From NCBI GenBank assembly GCA_000165345.1, contig CM000436.1:672001-736000 (forward strand): a stretch of 64,000 bases of DNA, written 5' to 3'. The notes beneath the pieces are model-generated. The model saw only the letters and a list, made by a program, of their open reading frames with translations. It was not told the DNA's origin and did no database searches. Below, one piece after another: positions 30,601 through 38,624 of the stretch (within the stretch, counting starts at the first letter, position 1; every line of letters begins with the position of its first letter). The translations under genes and the position numbers were made by a program.

Positions 30601-32089
30601 GAGTATTGTCTTGTTTAATTAGAGACTTCCAACACAAAATTAGTTCATAATGAGCAGTAATAATTTCTCTTACTGCTTGTATATCCCAGCAAAAGTACTT
30701 AAGTCCATTCTTTGATTCAAAAAGCTCTTTTTCAATTACAACTCCTTCATTTGAAGTATCAGTATAAGCTGTGTGCCCAGGTAATATTGCAGGAGCATAA
30801 AGTCTATGGAAAATAGCGCAATACTGAGTAAGCACATTTAATAGCGAGCTGATCGTATCTTGGTCTTGGAAGACACTACTAAAGATGCAGTGGCATCTAT
30901 CTAGAAAAAGCTTAAATCCTGAAAGAATGGAATAATGTAGTGATACTGCAATTGTTTCAGATTTACTATTTAAAAGTGGTGTGAGAGCTGAAGCCGCAAC
31001 TGCATGGTACTGTCTCCACCTAACAGTATAAATGTTGTTTTGTAGTAGATCTTCACATTTATTATTTTCCTTGAGAGGTTCTGAAAACACGCCGACAAAA
31101 GTTGGAAAATATTTGCTTTTCTTACTCAATAAAGAATTCAAAATTTGAAGATAGACTGAAAGAAGCTTTGGAGCATGTTGCTTTAACTGCTCATCATCAA
31201 TTACTTGAGCAAGGTGGCCAAGAGTCTCCAAAGTTGGAAATGAAAGAAAAAAAGCTTCTTTGTCTTTTTGTATTGCTGGAACCCAATCATTTAGAAGTGC
31301 ATCAAAGGCCGTTCCAATTAACCCAGCAAGCGCTGCCCTCTCTATGCTACTGCTTCTAAGTGCGTCTGCAACATCTGCTAAACAACGAACAAGTTCTACC
31401 TTTGAAATAAAATTGACGGATGTGTTCTTAGATCCAGAATCCCCACTGGCAGCTTTGTGTAAAAGTGAGAGTAACTCCACTATTATATCATGGCCTTTTC
31501 TACAAACTAATTCTGGGAAAATCTTAGAAATTGCAGAAATCGCAACAAGAGCCGAAGATACCCCACCGCTTGAACAATTTGTACGTGACTCTTCAGCAAC
31601 AATAAGAAGAATCTCAATTAGTTTGTCTGGAATTAAAAATACCAAGCTAACAATTACCTGTAGAAGTGCAACTCTTCTTGGATCATTATTCTTCAAAAAT
31701 ATGTATTCGTTCAGCACAAATCTGGTAAGACCCTCAAAAAACTCAATATCTTCTGCTGAAATATCACTGTTAATACTAAAATTTGTAGCATTTATTATCC
31801 CAATCCCTTCCACATCTCCTTCTGCCTGATTTAGAACAGCATCACCGGATATTGCGTAGCTAGAAATGATCAAAGATAGAAGTCTAAGTAAACTTAGTTG
31901 ATGATTTACTGAAGTATGGCTAACTTGTAGAAAAGATGTAATCGCATTTGAGACCAACCCCACACAATTAGATGAAGCTGTAGTACTTTTTGCAAAGTCC
32001 ACAACAGTCGAATAAACAGAAGCTTCGGTCACTAAATCACAGTTATCCAACGAGTCCAACAAGCAGAACAAAATTTCCGCTGAATCCAT
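21623..32089 (-). CDS. Giant 3488-aa protein. It is predominantly an alpha-solenoid (HEAT/ARM-like) scaffold with long Asn/Ser/Thr/Gly low-complexity insertions. The family is unresolved.
   Basis: Single uninterrupted 10.5-kb ORF with an ATG start at 32089. There are helical-repeat-like stretches throughout. There is no kinase, AAA, WD or chorein signature that I can see. A low-complexity block lies around aa 1500-1650 (nt about 27200-27650). Confidence 0.7.
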   Translation of the reverse strand: MDSAEILFCLLDSLDNCDLVTEASVYSTVVDFAKSTTASSNCVGLVSNAITSFLQVSHTSVNHQLSLLRLLSLIISSYAISGDAVLNQAEGDVEGIGIINATNFSINSDISAEDIEFFEGLTRFVLNEYIFLKNNDPRRVALLQVIVSLVFLIPDKLIEILLIVAEESRTNCSSGGVSSALVAISAISKIFPELVCRKGHDIIVELLSLLHKAASGDSGSKNTSVNFISKVELVRCLADVADALRSSSIERAALAGLIGTAFDALLNDWVPAIQKDKEAFFLSFPTLETLGHLAQVIDDEQLKQHAPKLLSVYLQILNSLLSKKSKYFPTFVGVFSEPLKENNKCEDLLQNNIYTVRWRQYHAVAASALTPLLNSKSETIAVSLHYSILSGFKLFLDRCHCIFSSVFQDQDTISSLLNVLTQYCAIFHRLYAPAILPGHTAYTDTSNEGVVIEKELFESKNGLKYFCWDIQAVREIITAHYELILCWKSLIKQDNTRETVIRFLFENIDIKSANRLSTMFILSNVIEDIPFEKVSRIGESEITVAENSNSPFGCLMFRLARTTLEQGLDYSIAFILCRIICELSQHGFLHIGATSECSIVEDLGKGSSKTEQGANESEEQEGIHLTNKGGNKDIWISPSPSSAEMLTYFLRLLAVPEQKAKNEHLRHLQRQKADYLKTIQGCEGTKIPVIYPPSLWDLRCNAQLILSEELTALVPDLLWPLLIDAVNHLKLGSAMPTVCESLSKSCQNLYRKTTPEVFIRAFKFQSTKYLTVSDPFKIFIWLCMYAHDPHIYNGVLAYWSLQCLQWISPMVVSTPSCIWACIPSQRLQSLIEIADTIISPAKVKDSQNCVSAQTFSNSLHEASEISNLSSKIDIDCWFPLVDECISYIFSGISGGGVSSSPLNQVERQDLLTKKTDSSTGEAEKEHKAGIKSSDIVNDTLTNLLLALFSACKDIRSDKLQKSSETPTELQRAGMYSLLGLLLREISSHESSDSEKPEETNLNFLRETLISNILDGLLTPDIINSNESNVTNVAAASGGSLAGSQGRSGGELSKDLLSSNEIQIFKDLSKRFSDLQHFFHAIGINSTILQRSCGRGIGYASSHQNHFVHISEYLLDLIRSDAANKRSGAFSFFGKSLAVVQAEQLRSTLILSLGHSIGEVPILLFNSATETVRKILQVLETAVKEEKELQLQCSALKAIQVAFQALSSSESNQELTLSSRINSVLSRFHSGEGNTKLKKGIYGLDCGDISLELFSSFRDRIFPYLLTIIVFSASIELPPAPLNSMLLLKAASGMPYSTSSSISSQRIHTDPSGSYIRSMVKYRDISIGSFESLEYSHEDLGTINTINDFDTPCGEIPSSEKLGRGSNQYSESEDAKFGPFNLTLSVLSVLSENPHMISDSGNVNFSDVFCSSLDMSPNLGSSTISANPALKNVISNLSYMKNKNSLGINSRNGSFGDSCSSIEISPGGAKIGLARYHYNGIQNGNSLSKSSHDGNKRLSDTFKQTNSFSGSGSTEISGLTSVDSKINSNISSSTQQPSGISNTFPNSLGTSGQTKNLSNINLNTSNNTATGSANIGPANTMNSGNNSNVNTTSGNTTGNNTTTGTSGGLISSSGNLSNSNNNSATGNTNSQANSVVFNKLLLDALDASISLISFPSPLLPQHIPLVLSSCLTILVTVSSRIQFRCLTREDFSIFYKRNIDTFNLPTPSLNIIDGGYRLEEMMNIIEDSSVPSSSSEVSVFKILESLDRLYLSIYKSHMPSWAGLTHLLEGLLGLAATSTSSVLRCICIHVVYCLLCEAPLVEIFQQSQIIQKPENDSVLFNNKNSEGVPPKGTWVSWMHCIALVLGRTCDSCLYVRLIAFECIKECMKRCIWTQKIDLSQIMVIDFGADDSLKYSNNRMSWASFSNNLEVESENDQKRINGEPTGDQQKILSDIQSLILPPTYLDLLYNLASCIPAYCLRPLCQHILPSFHDADKITARSSVETVRVLFSINKNILESESFACKIVSSLFEEISSIKDSELQHFVYLLIRNVVSFKFQAAISEIFRKCIQPQKYINHIVANDSLSGDFIGDALTNNSGGLSSEWTTVEIPLENGKSNTNTLEGSANSAMVRGLKNMINVICIVDPIYSKAISYIGKDKSLLLESFRYLTDVLNNTEQKYLDIIEMNEKLCIKILSSSNINISSTNSSTQAPLNTAMSPTHNSVTNLIGTGIVVSGTFSMGIAASAGGVASAGSFSLANKSLLFPFSIFSILSSEHINVRSSTLALDILLQTNDSAIKILAKRHFPELISTILLRCCSTLGYINMGALESSNALRSLFLALNDSDAILTFFDANQLKLSLIKPNEFDYAIGKLLCYLFIHNPDITTSMISFIKPFLKRVNSIYSMSALILLAPTPLGIYYKDFMKYTKPYEKATEESNSEIHVSSDENNPDNIYNLDFLDCILNIIKTSNNPYSKKSGFIFFQWYFWYCLESRRYPSKDFLLKFVNICFTNVIGSSLFRRETNKTARGNLNLRGFRLKEKNYQELNESREEFNGSRDFDTFEEYKSRNGTDDEDNADFRNRIKLGVSEHEKENSDESINKDTDENDSMSNSFTDLSGGESSNEIDPEEFGRRKSSLDKFDLTETPITTRNRLVFADYLKECLVCLRYLVCLISKISIGFSLQFIPDHPTIYLKYVQEERVPTGTEEGDSFYIEFIELLFLSQGESYDGQVQVESFQTAVFESEELSKALTCKNKIPEIFVDFITNSDMDMNITSQKMYLLLDILILIKQNWEKMKPSLGEIEQLRSSIKKLLIPLLVRLEGPTLELSRSVWRSVQLILSIILDEHEWSKVVNEIHRKMILDDLIVQNSSSLSLMGYQNSIGSPISTNLSPTSMNKVRISKSLSGINTEKLSSSDSLRRIDSRLQTDERPNADNIQVINVDSIALSYELFGDDMYQYILPSKYSKISKTIIKDGVSTIMDIFHNGITDSNLSSEANPSNKFIQIKYSGECEVLNDYLLPILNPVETNSYQQFLNCIVPFIIYSEILRDGSLKLKPEYQRSDQNFRRGSGKNMIVSVSDRHDRSEKDFTGFGTKLSKLTLKELGRKIDDCHMYLNKCRYYFPKEVWEITETAFSTIPKELDRIRKEAETQHLLFNRNIFGEMVNDYFDSNVGIGVLGQKSFLNKDIETSDLNSSPYSDSQSNHFSFSNYSPNSGMISIPTFAKTALSRFNTLWNNNKALGAIKDDFDGPRKVAKATDLAIEPELSKETTDIKNCSNKKKLGHNLSSSNSLNTIEELESRKVDTSGHERMDMNSSNEFFLEDASKNTNKDLNSPVSLSFIPKDDRLPESLEQQINIKKMELISEYIKYPSIFKSLEKYKEDNEEINAEIEGISAILASTFIKYISTELFQHLYTSEVFMLMACKEISKVDAISGTNSNLDSDFHLEEHLSGEQLSNCLDNEELMATIDKLLSLESLVAAICKQISTFVAQSQSPSRHRFAKALANLVYISFKP

Positions 32090-32290
32090 ACCTATAAATC
32101 AAATTTGCCTTGACTCTCCGCTCGTCAAAATACTGCAAATTTAATCCAGAATATTGTATTTGGCTATTACTTTATATTTTAAATATTCATTAATATGTAT
32201 TTCCAAATGTTCTACTCGAAATGAAAACTATAAATTCCTTTGTATTCGCCTCTTCATATTTGCCCCCCTTTAAATAATTGTATGACATTT

Positions 32291-32297
32291 GGGCGCC
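32291..32297. promoter_or_regulatory. E2F-like GGGCGCC element about 200 bp upstream of the giant gene start, in the divergent region shared with the 32793 gene.
   Basis: Direct reading: gacatttGGGCGCCtgaatc. Confidence 0.3.
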
Positions 32298-32792
32298 TGA
32301 ATCTTCAAAATTTCTTTGAATACATGCAAGTAAAAATAGAATTCAAAACTAATGGGATACTATAGTAACACTATCATAAAATATAAAGGTTTAAATTTCA
32401 TGAAAATTTTGAAGAAGTGTCATTTAATTTATGACGACAATCGTCTCATTAACCCAAATGATATTGTTGGATCTTTTTCTCAACTAGTTTAATAATAGAA
32501 TATTCAAGGATTAGCTTAAAAAGCTGAAATTAATTTAAATATTTAAAGCTTAGACTTTATTAGATACAAATTTATTGTTTTTATGCTTAAAACTTGACAT
32601 TATGTTAATGTAGTTTCTGTATTTGATTCTTTAAATCACTAGAAAAAAAAATAAAAATAAATTAATGTCAGATGTGATATGCCGCTTGCGGTATTTTAAA
32701 TTGATTGTAGGATTTTATATAAGTAACTTTCGATATCCAAGTATAAGTGAAAAGGAGTGAAGTATTCACATACAAAACCAAATTATTGTATA

Positions 32793-34079
32793 ATGAGGCA
32801 GTATTCTCCTATAGATATTGCACTAGATGATGACCTATTTTACTCTTTTAGGATATCTATGGGTATATTTGACTCGTTAATTTCCAAAGATGAAGAGGAA
32901 AAGGTCAAACGTATATTTCAGAATAAGAAATCCTTAAAGGTTAATGATATTGACTTATACAGACAAGGTTTTTTGAAGAAAATTGATTTAGGTGAAAATG
33001 ATCTGACTTCTGAGGTGTTTACAGAAACCAATAATTTTCTGTCCTGTATTGGGAAACTTGACGATGAATTTATACATCTTCTATTTCAGTTTAGTGAAAT
33101 AATCATATTGGATAATTCTAGTTCAAAACTAGTGTTGGCTGTGAATGAATCAATTTCATATAATTCAGGTATAGATGAAAGTTGCGAATGCAAAGTTTTA
33201 CCCATAAACTCTTCAATATTTGGTTTTGTAGATTATATTGATACGAGAAATGATACCATAAAAAGTTTTATATCCAAATTTAATAAGAAAATGTTTGACT
33301 CATCCCCATTCTTAGATAATAAACATAAACACAATAAAAATGAATTTATTACATATATTAAACTCCTCCTCAGAGTTTCATTTATAAAATCGATTTGTCT
33401 TTTAAAAATGTACGGGAAAAAACTTCCGATTTATTTGTTTGATGGAAGTCAGCTATTAATTAAAATTGAACCGATATTTAATTCTTTGAATGAGAACTGT
33501 ATGATTTCGTACAAAGTGATTGATGGGCAAATAGATTCATCAATAGTGAAGGTAGATTTAGATTACTACCAATTCAAATGGTTTCATTCATGGAAAAAAA
33601 TGCTTAGGAACTCAAGTGGCTATTTATTCCCTCACAAAAATAGCATGTCTCAATTTCTACCGAATAAAAAACTGTGTTTGCAAAACACCAACAACTTTGA
33701 ACACACTTTAACCCCATTAAGAAAATCCTTATCTAATTTGAATTATGAGGATTCAAATTTTAGTCCTAATAATGAAAAACCAAGTAAAAAAACGTCCAAA
33801 TCTAATCAAGTTCACACGCAAAACAAAGATATTGATACTGAAGAAGAAAATGATAGTTCCTTGAAAACAAATGATGAAAGCAATCCTAATTCTCCATCTT
33901 TGTCCAAGACGACTAATGACGTTATAAACGAATTGCTAAATAAGCCCAACCCTAATATACAATCTTCTAAACAAAAAAAAAAGAGATCTAAACAAAGTGA
34001 ATCTTCAGATATTGAAAATTCCCAAGACTACGTGGATAAATTGATTCAACAACAAACAATGCAGCTCTTTAACCTTTAA
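32793..34079 (+). CDS. Hypothetical protein of about 428 aa with an Asn/Lys/Ser-rich basic C-terminal tail.
   Basis: ORF with its first ATG at 32793; the track start at 32757 is GTG. The C-terminus (KQKKKRSKQSESS) looks like an NLS or low complexity. Confidence 0.5.
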   Translation: MRQYSPIDIALDDDLFYSFRISMGIFDSLISKDEEEKVKRIFQNKKSLKVNDIDLYRQGFLKKIDLGENDLTSEVFTETNNFLSCIGKLDDEFIHLLFQFSEIIILDNSSSKLVLAVNESISYNSGIDESCECKVLPINSSIFGFVDYIDTRNDTIKSFISKFNKKMFDSSPFLDNKHKHNKNEFITYIKLLLRVSFIKSICLLKMYGKKLPIYLFDGSQLLIKIEPIFNSLNENCMISYKVIDGQIDSSIVKVDLDYYQFKWFHSWKKMLRNSSGYLFPHKNSMSQFLPNKKLCLQNTNNFEHTLTPLRKSLSNLNYEDSNFSPNNEKPSKKTSKSNQVHTQNKDIDTEEENDSSLKTNDESNPNSPSLSKTTNDVINELLNKPNPNIQSSKQKKKRSKQSESSDIENSQDYVDKLIQQQTMQLFNL

Positions 34080-34323
34080 AATATTTAAAAACTACCAAAA
34101 TACAATCTTAACACTTTTTTGTCAGTTATGTTTAACCAAAATTCCATCTTGATTACTTTAAACTGCATTGTCTTATTGCATGTATTATTAATTAATTTGA
34201 TGCCCCCCATTATGTAAATATTATAACTTATCTCGAACAAAAGTTCAAAGAAGTAGAAATAAATATAATAGATAAACATGATTAATTTACTAGTATTTTC
34301 AAGGTATCTTGTTAAATGTAAAA

Positions 34324-36420
34324 ATGGGTTTTAATATTTTTTTTCTTGGGATTTGTATCTCAATATTAATATTCTCCATAAGCGGCGTAAAATGTAGATT
34401 ATACTATGAAGATAATTTACTTGTTACTGATGAAGAATACGATGTAATTATTATTGGAGCAGGAGTTTCAGGCTGTTCAATGGCTAATGTTTATGCTAAT
34501 AATGGGAAAAAGGTTCTCCTTTTAGAAAGAGGTGGGCCAAGAGAGAAACATCCAAAAACCTTATTGACAAAGGGAGCTCCAGGAGTAATCACAGATGAAT
34601 CTATAAGTGAAGCTATTACGACATCAAACGGAACTCTGATGAATGTTGCAAACATTGTTGGAGGTGGGGCCAGTATTAATGGAGGATTTTATGTTGAACC
34701 ATCTACAGAATTTATGCGCAAAACTATTGAAAGCAGCGGTGCTACGTTTGATCAAGAGAAATACCTAAATGCAAAGGAAATTATTCGTAACTCAGGTATT
34801 TTAAACACCGACAACCGTCTCGAAGATAACACTTTTCCAAAAGCAATGTTTGAGGCTATGAAAAATATTAAAGAGTACTCTGGAAATGTTAGCGAAGTTC
34901 CTATTTATTATCCTGAAGGAAGTAATACATTTGTTACTGTTTCCCAGTTTAACGAAACAAATAGGTCATCAGCAGATATTCTTCTTTCTCATGAAAATAT
35001 AAAAATTTACCCCTATGCAGTTGTAGAATCCATACAGTTTAACACGACGGATGAAAACCGTGATCCGTATAGCTTAAAAAAGAAAGTAACTGCTCAATGC
35101 ATTTTGGGAAGAATGAGGTCCGAAAGTGATGGTTTTGTAAGTGTAAGTTCTGGAATGACACATAGAACTATTTATAACAATAATGGCCCTAAGTTCAAAA
35201 TTTGTCTCAATAAACCTGATTCATTTATCGTTCTTGCTTCAGGTGCTATTTACAGTCCTGCGATACTTATGAAAAGTGGTATTGGCCCAACTGAAGTTCT
35301 TAGAAAGCATGGCATTCCTCCAATTAAAATTCTAGAACAAGTTGGTAAAAATTATCATGATCATTTACAATTCGGTTTGTTTGGAATTTTGAAAGAAAAG
35401 CAGCCTATGTCTATTCAAAAAGTATATAGTTATAGCAATTGTTCAAAATATTATCCAGATCCTCCTAATATTTATGATGAACTCAGTCTATTCCACCATA
35501 AGGAGTCTGAACAAAAAAATGGTAGTTCAACTCTTTCTAAAAATTCGTTTGATTTACTACTAGAACCAATTTTAAGTAACCCCGAATCGCCATTGTTTGT
35601 TCCACCGGAACCAACTGGGCCACAATACGAAGATGGAAATTGCTACTCTACAATACTGAACGAAGTTTCTGGAGAATTGTGGATTCCTTTTGCAATATCT
35701 CAAATAATTTATAGAAAGTCTAAAGTTTTAATGAATCCTCTCTTGAATTATCTTTCTCTTTCACTTAGGACCAAAATTCTTAATGCTTTGGAAAGCAATA
35801 ATACAAGAATTTCTGATGATGGTTTTAATAAAATGTTACAGCCTATGAATGATTGTTTTGAAAATGGATCAGCCGCATTATCCTTCCTTACAATACCAAA
35901 GAGTAGAGGATCAATCACTCTAGACGAGATGGGACTCCCAGAAATTAATAGTTCAGACTTTTCAGATCCCATGGATGTTGAGGCAGCAATTGTTGGAATG
36001 AAACACTTAATTCAAGTAATGACTTCACAAAGTGTCTCCTCAATTCTTGAGAGTGAATTGAACTCATGTATCGCATCTATTAGAAATATTTGGGATTCTT
36101 TCCCATTGTTTGGAGGAATCAACGAGAATAATGTTATTGGATTTTCTTCAAGAGAACAAAATGTACCAGCTCTTATTCCCCCTCTACCGAAGATTATAAA
36201 TGATAAAACAGCATTTGATATGGTTAAGGAGTCTTACTCAACAATTTGGCACCCAACCGGTACCTGTTCATTAGGTTCTGTTGTTGATAGTGATTTTAAC
36301 GTGAGAGGGACTACAAATTTGAAAATAGGTGATGCATCTATTTTCCCCGAAGTTTCAGATGTAAGCCCACTTGGATCAGTATTTCTTTTGGCAACGTATA
36401 TTGCTTTAGTAACATCTTAA
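34324..36420 (+). CDS. Secreted GMC-family FAD oxidoreductase (choline dehydrogenase / glucose oxidase / aryl-alcohol oxidase superfamily) with an N-terminal signal peptide.
   Basis: Signal-like N-terminus MGFNIFFLGICISILIFSISGVKC. FAD Rossmann motif DVIIIGAGVSGCSMA...KVLLLERGG. GGGASINGGFY matches the GMC GGGSSIN motif. The C-terminal active-site region WHPTGTCSLGSVVDSDFNVRGTTNLKIGDASIFP matches the GMC H..GTC..G...D..V.G...L.VVDASVMP. The first ATG is at 34324. Confidence 0.8.
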   Translation: MGFNIFFLGICISILIFSISGVKCRLYYEDNLLVTDEEYDVIIIGAGVSGCSMANVYANNGKKVLLLERGGPREKHPKTLLTKGAPGVITDESISEAITTSNGTLMNVANIVGGGASINGGFYVEPSTEFMRKTIESSGATFDQEKYLNAKEIIRNSGILNTDNRLEDNTFPKAMFEAMKNIKEYSGNVSEVPIYYPEGSNTFVTVSQFNETNRSSADILLSHENIKIYPYAVVESIQFNTTDENRDPYSLKKKVTAQCILGRMRSESDGFVSVSSGMTHRTIYNNNGPKFKICLNKPDSFIVLASGAIYSPAILMKSGIGPTEVLRKHGIPPIKILEQVGKNYHDHLQFGLFGILKEKQPMSIQKVYSYSNCSKYYPDPPNIYDELSLFHHKESEQKNGSSTLSKNSFDLLLEPILSNPESPLFVPPEPTGPQYEDGNCYSTILNEVSGELWIPFAISQIIYRKSKVLMNPLLNYLSLSLRTKILNALESNNTRISDDGFNKMLQPMNDCFENGSAALSFLTIPKSRGSITLDEMGLPEINSSDFSDPMDVEAAIVGMKHLIQVMTSQSVSSILESELNSCIASIRNIWDSFPLFGGINENNVIGFSSREQNVPALIPPLPKIINDKTAFDMVKESYSTIWHPTGTCSLGSVVDSDFNVRGTTNLKIGDASIFPEVSDVSPLGSVFLLATYIALVTS

Positions 36421-36665
36421 CAAAAAGTTATTCTTGATATATTAGTTAATGCATTGTAATGAAACAAACATATCTTTTATTTAACAAAAATAATTATTGA
36501 TTTCTTCTTTAAGTTTAATTATTTGATTAATAATATTAGATATTTGCTGATGCAAAATTTTGATATTTTTTTGATATTTTAGATCCTTCCCTCGTGCATT
36601 ACTCGAAAAACGCAATTTCAATAACAAAAATATTCCAACAAAACAAAAATTTACTTATTAGAAAA

Positions 36666-37562
36666 ATGAAAAATTTGAAATATAAATTTCTTTTATTTAT
36701 TGCAATTAGTCTTTTGTTTATTTCTAAAGTTAAGAGCAGCCGTATAATCTATTTAGATGAAAATGCAACAAGACTAGAAAGTAATGCAACTGAACCTATA
36801 TCTAACAATAAATTTCCATATCTTCCTAATATTAGTAATGATACTTTTAATAATATGCAAGAGAATATTATTAAAGCAGTTGTCGGATTCGATAGCTTTA
36901 TCTTCGATATTGCTAAAAATATTACAAGCGGAATGAGAATAGCACAATTTTTCATTTTAAACAAGACGAAGACTTTTATTCTTCCATTTGTTATGTTTCC
37001 AGACGAAAAAAGTTTTGAAAATTTTAAAAATTCTACTTCGAATGAGACAGAAGTTGACAATCTCAAGTTAGAGAAACTTTTTCCAATAAATATTAATTTA
37101 CTAAGTCCTAACAAAAGTAATTTCACAAATTCCACTCTTGAAGAAACTTTAATTAAACCTGAAATGCTCATTCCATATCTGAGAGGTAGTCACAAAACGA
37201 TAAGATACAATGACACAACAAATGAAAATTTAAAGAATTTTACAACTGTAAATTCAACGGATGATTCAGAAAAAATAATCAATTCAACATTGATCCGGCT
37301 GAATAAGTACTTATTAACACCAAATAATGGTTCATTGAACATAAATAATCAAACAAGTAGACTTAGATTTCTTCAGTTTACTTCAGCTTATGGATTAGAA
37401 GATATTAGTGATCAGCAATTTGGACAAGATTTAAATTATTTAGATGGAATCCCAAATGTAGGAGGTATTTCTTCATTTGCTCAAGATTATGATCAGTGGA
37501 TACCTTCTAATAATTTCGATTTTTATAATGGTTACGGATTTGACTTTTTGTTCATGGAATGA
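36666..37562 (+). CDS. Secreted, heavily N-glycosylated hypothetical protein with a signal peptide and about 20 NxS/T sequons.
   Basis: The first ATG at 36666 gives MKNLKYKFLLFIAISLLFISKVKS. The sequence is dense in NAT/NIS/NDT/NST/NET/NKS/NFT/NGS motifs. Confidence 0.5.
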   Translation: MKNLKYKFLLFIAISLLFISKVKSSRIIYLDENATRLESNATEPISNNKFPYLPNISNDTFNNMQENIIKAVVGFDSFIFDIAKNITSGMRIAQFFILNKTKTFILPFVMFPDEKSFENFKNSTSNETEVDNLKLEKLFPININLLSPNKSNFTNSTLEETLIKPEMLIPYLRGSHKTIRYNDTTNENLKNFTTVNSTDDSEKIINSTLIRLNKYLLTPNNGSLNINNQTSRLRFLQFTSAYGLEDISDQQFGQDLNYLDGIPNVGGISSFAQDYDQWIPSNNFDFYNGYGFDFLFME

Positions 37563-37570
37563 AAATAACG

Positions 37571-38107
37571 TCATCTTCTAAGTGAGATATCACTAACTAT
37601 AGAATCATAGGTGTTTTTATAAGTTTTGAATTCTTCTCCTAAGCTTTCAGCTACTAATTCTGTAAATTCGGCAAATAATTTATCTTTATCTTTGGAATCC
37701 TCATCCATAATAAGTGCCAAAGCTTCCGTTTTATTTTCAGAATGTTCAATAAACTTTATCATTTCCACTAATCTCGGGTTATTTCTTAAAAGAGATGAAA
37801 GTCTTTCGTTAGAATTCAATGCTTCTTTTTCCTTTTCAGTCAAATCGAATTGCTCTGTTTCCTCAATAGCGCTTTCTAATTTCATTTCATTGCATATTTC
37901 TTCAAAATTTTGATCTGATTGAAGTGAGTCACTTATTTGATTACTTTTAAGGCTACATTCTTCTCTTGAGTGAATCTGAAAACATTCCAACGAACAAAAT
38001 TTCCTTAAACAACACTTAAATTTATATTTTCCTATGTTAACTCCACAAATCACACAAATTTTATCATTGATAAGAGATCCTGTCTCAGATCCTTCCATTT
38101 TACTCAT
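37571..38107 (-). CDS. zf-HIT zinc-finger protein, Hit1/ZNHIT3-like, a box C/D snoRNP assembly factor family. It is 178 aa.
   Basis: The N-terminal CVICGVNIGKYKFKCCLRKFCSLECFQIHS fits the zf-HIT consensus C..C...YKCP.C...YCSL.C...H. The remainder is acidic and helical. Confidence 0.55.
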   Translation of the reverse strand: MSKMEGSETGSLINDKICVICGVNIGKYKFKCCLRKFCSLECFQIHSREECSLKSNQISDSLQSDQNFEEICNEMKLESAIEETEQFDLTEKEKEALNSNERLSSLLRNNPRLVEMIKFIEHSENKTEALALIMDEDSKDKDKLFAEFTELVAESLGEEFKTYKNTYDSIVSDISLRR

Positions 38108-38624
38108 TTTTATTGATGTTTATTACCATTTTTTTAATTATAACTAAAATGAAAAGTATCTTACCATCTTTATTACAAATTTTTAGTTCGGCGGTTTGGA
38201 AATCAAAATATAATTTTGATTTATTGATCCTAAATGTGTTTTATTCTTAACGAAAGATGTTAGTAATAAGGAATTATCCGAACCAAAAGGAAATAAATAT
38301 AAAAGCAGTGATTTACTATCTTATCAAAAATTAAAATAATAAAATATTACAAGCCTTTTTAATATTCAGGGTATTTTTACTTGATTAGCATGTAATTTGC
38401 ATGCAAACTAATTAGATTTTAATGAAATTAAATTATGATTTTAGAAATAAAACAAGCAAAAAAATAAATTAAAACTTTAAGATTTTAACTTATTCGTATT
38501 TTATTTGAAAAATAAAAATGTTTTGAAGGCGCTGTAATATAATTCAGTTAAAATTAAAACTAAATGAATTTGTAAATAGGTTAATCAAAGAGATAAGATA
38601 TGATTTTGGAGATTGCTCATAAAT

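Noticed and set aside
31260-31829. 189-aa plus-strand ORF inside the giant minus-strand gene, along with many other 60-110-aa antisense or internal ORFs in the track (e.g. 25213..25452, 27231..27437, 5070..5579, 48005..48325, 54784..55317, 57503..57895).
   Set aside because: They are fully contained in long, well-supported genes on the opposite strand or in another frame. They have low-complexity or hydrophobic composition typical of AT-rich antisense read-through. They have no motifs.
21623-32089. Assignment of the giant protein to a specific family (Furry, huntingtin, Mon2, TRRAP, VPS13).
   Set aside because: I could read no chorein N-terminus, FATC C-terminus, kinase, BEACH/WD or AAA motifs. 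A family call from sequence alone would be a guess.
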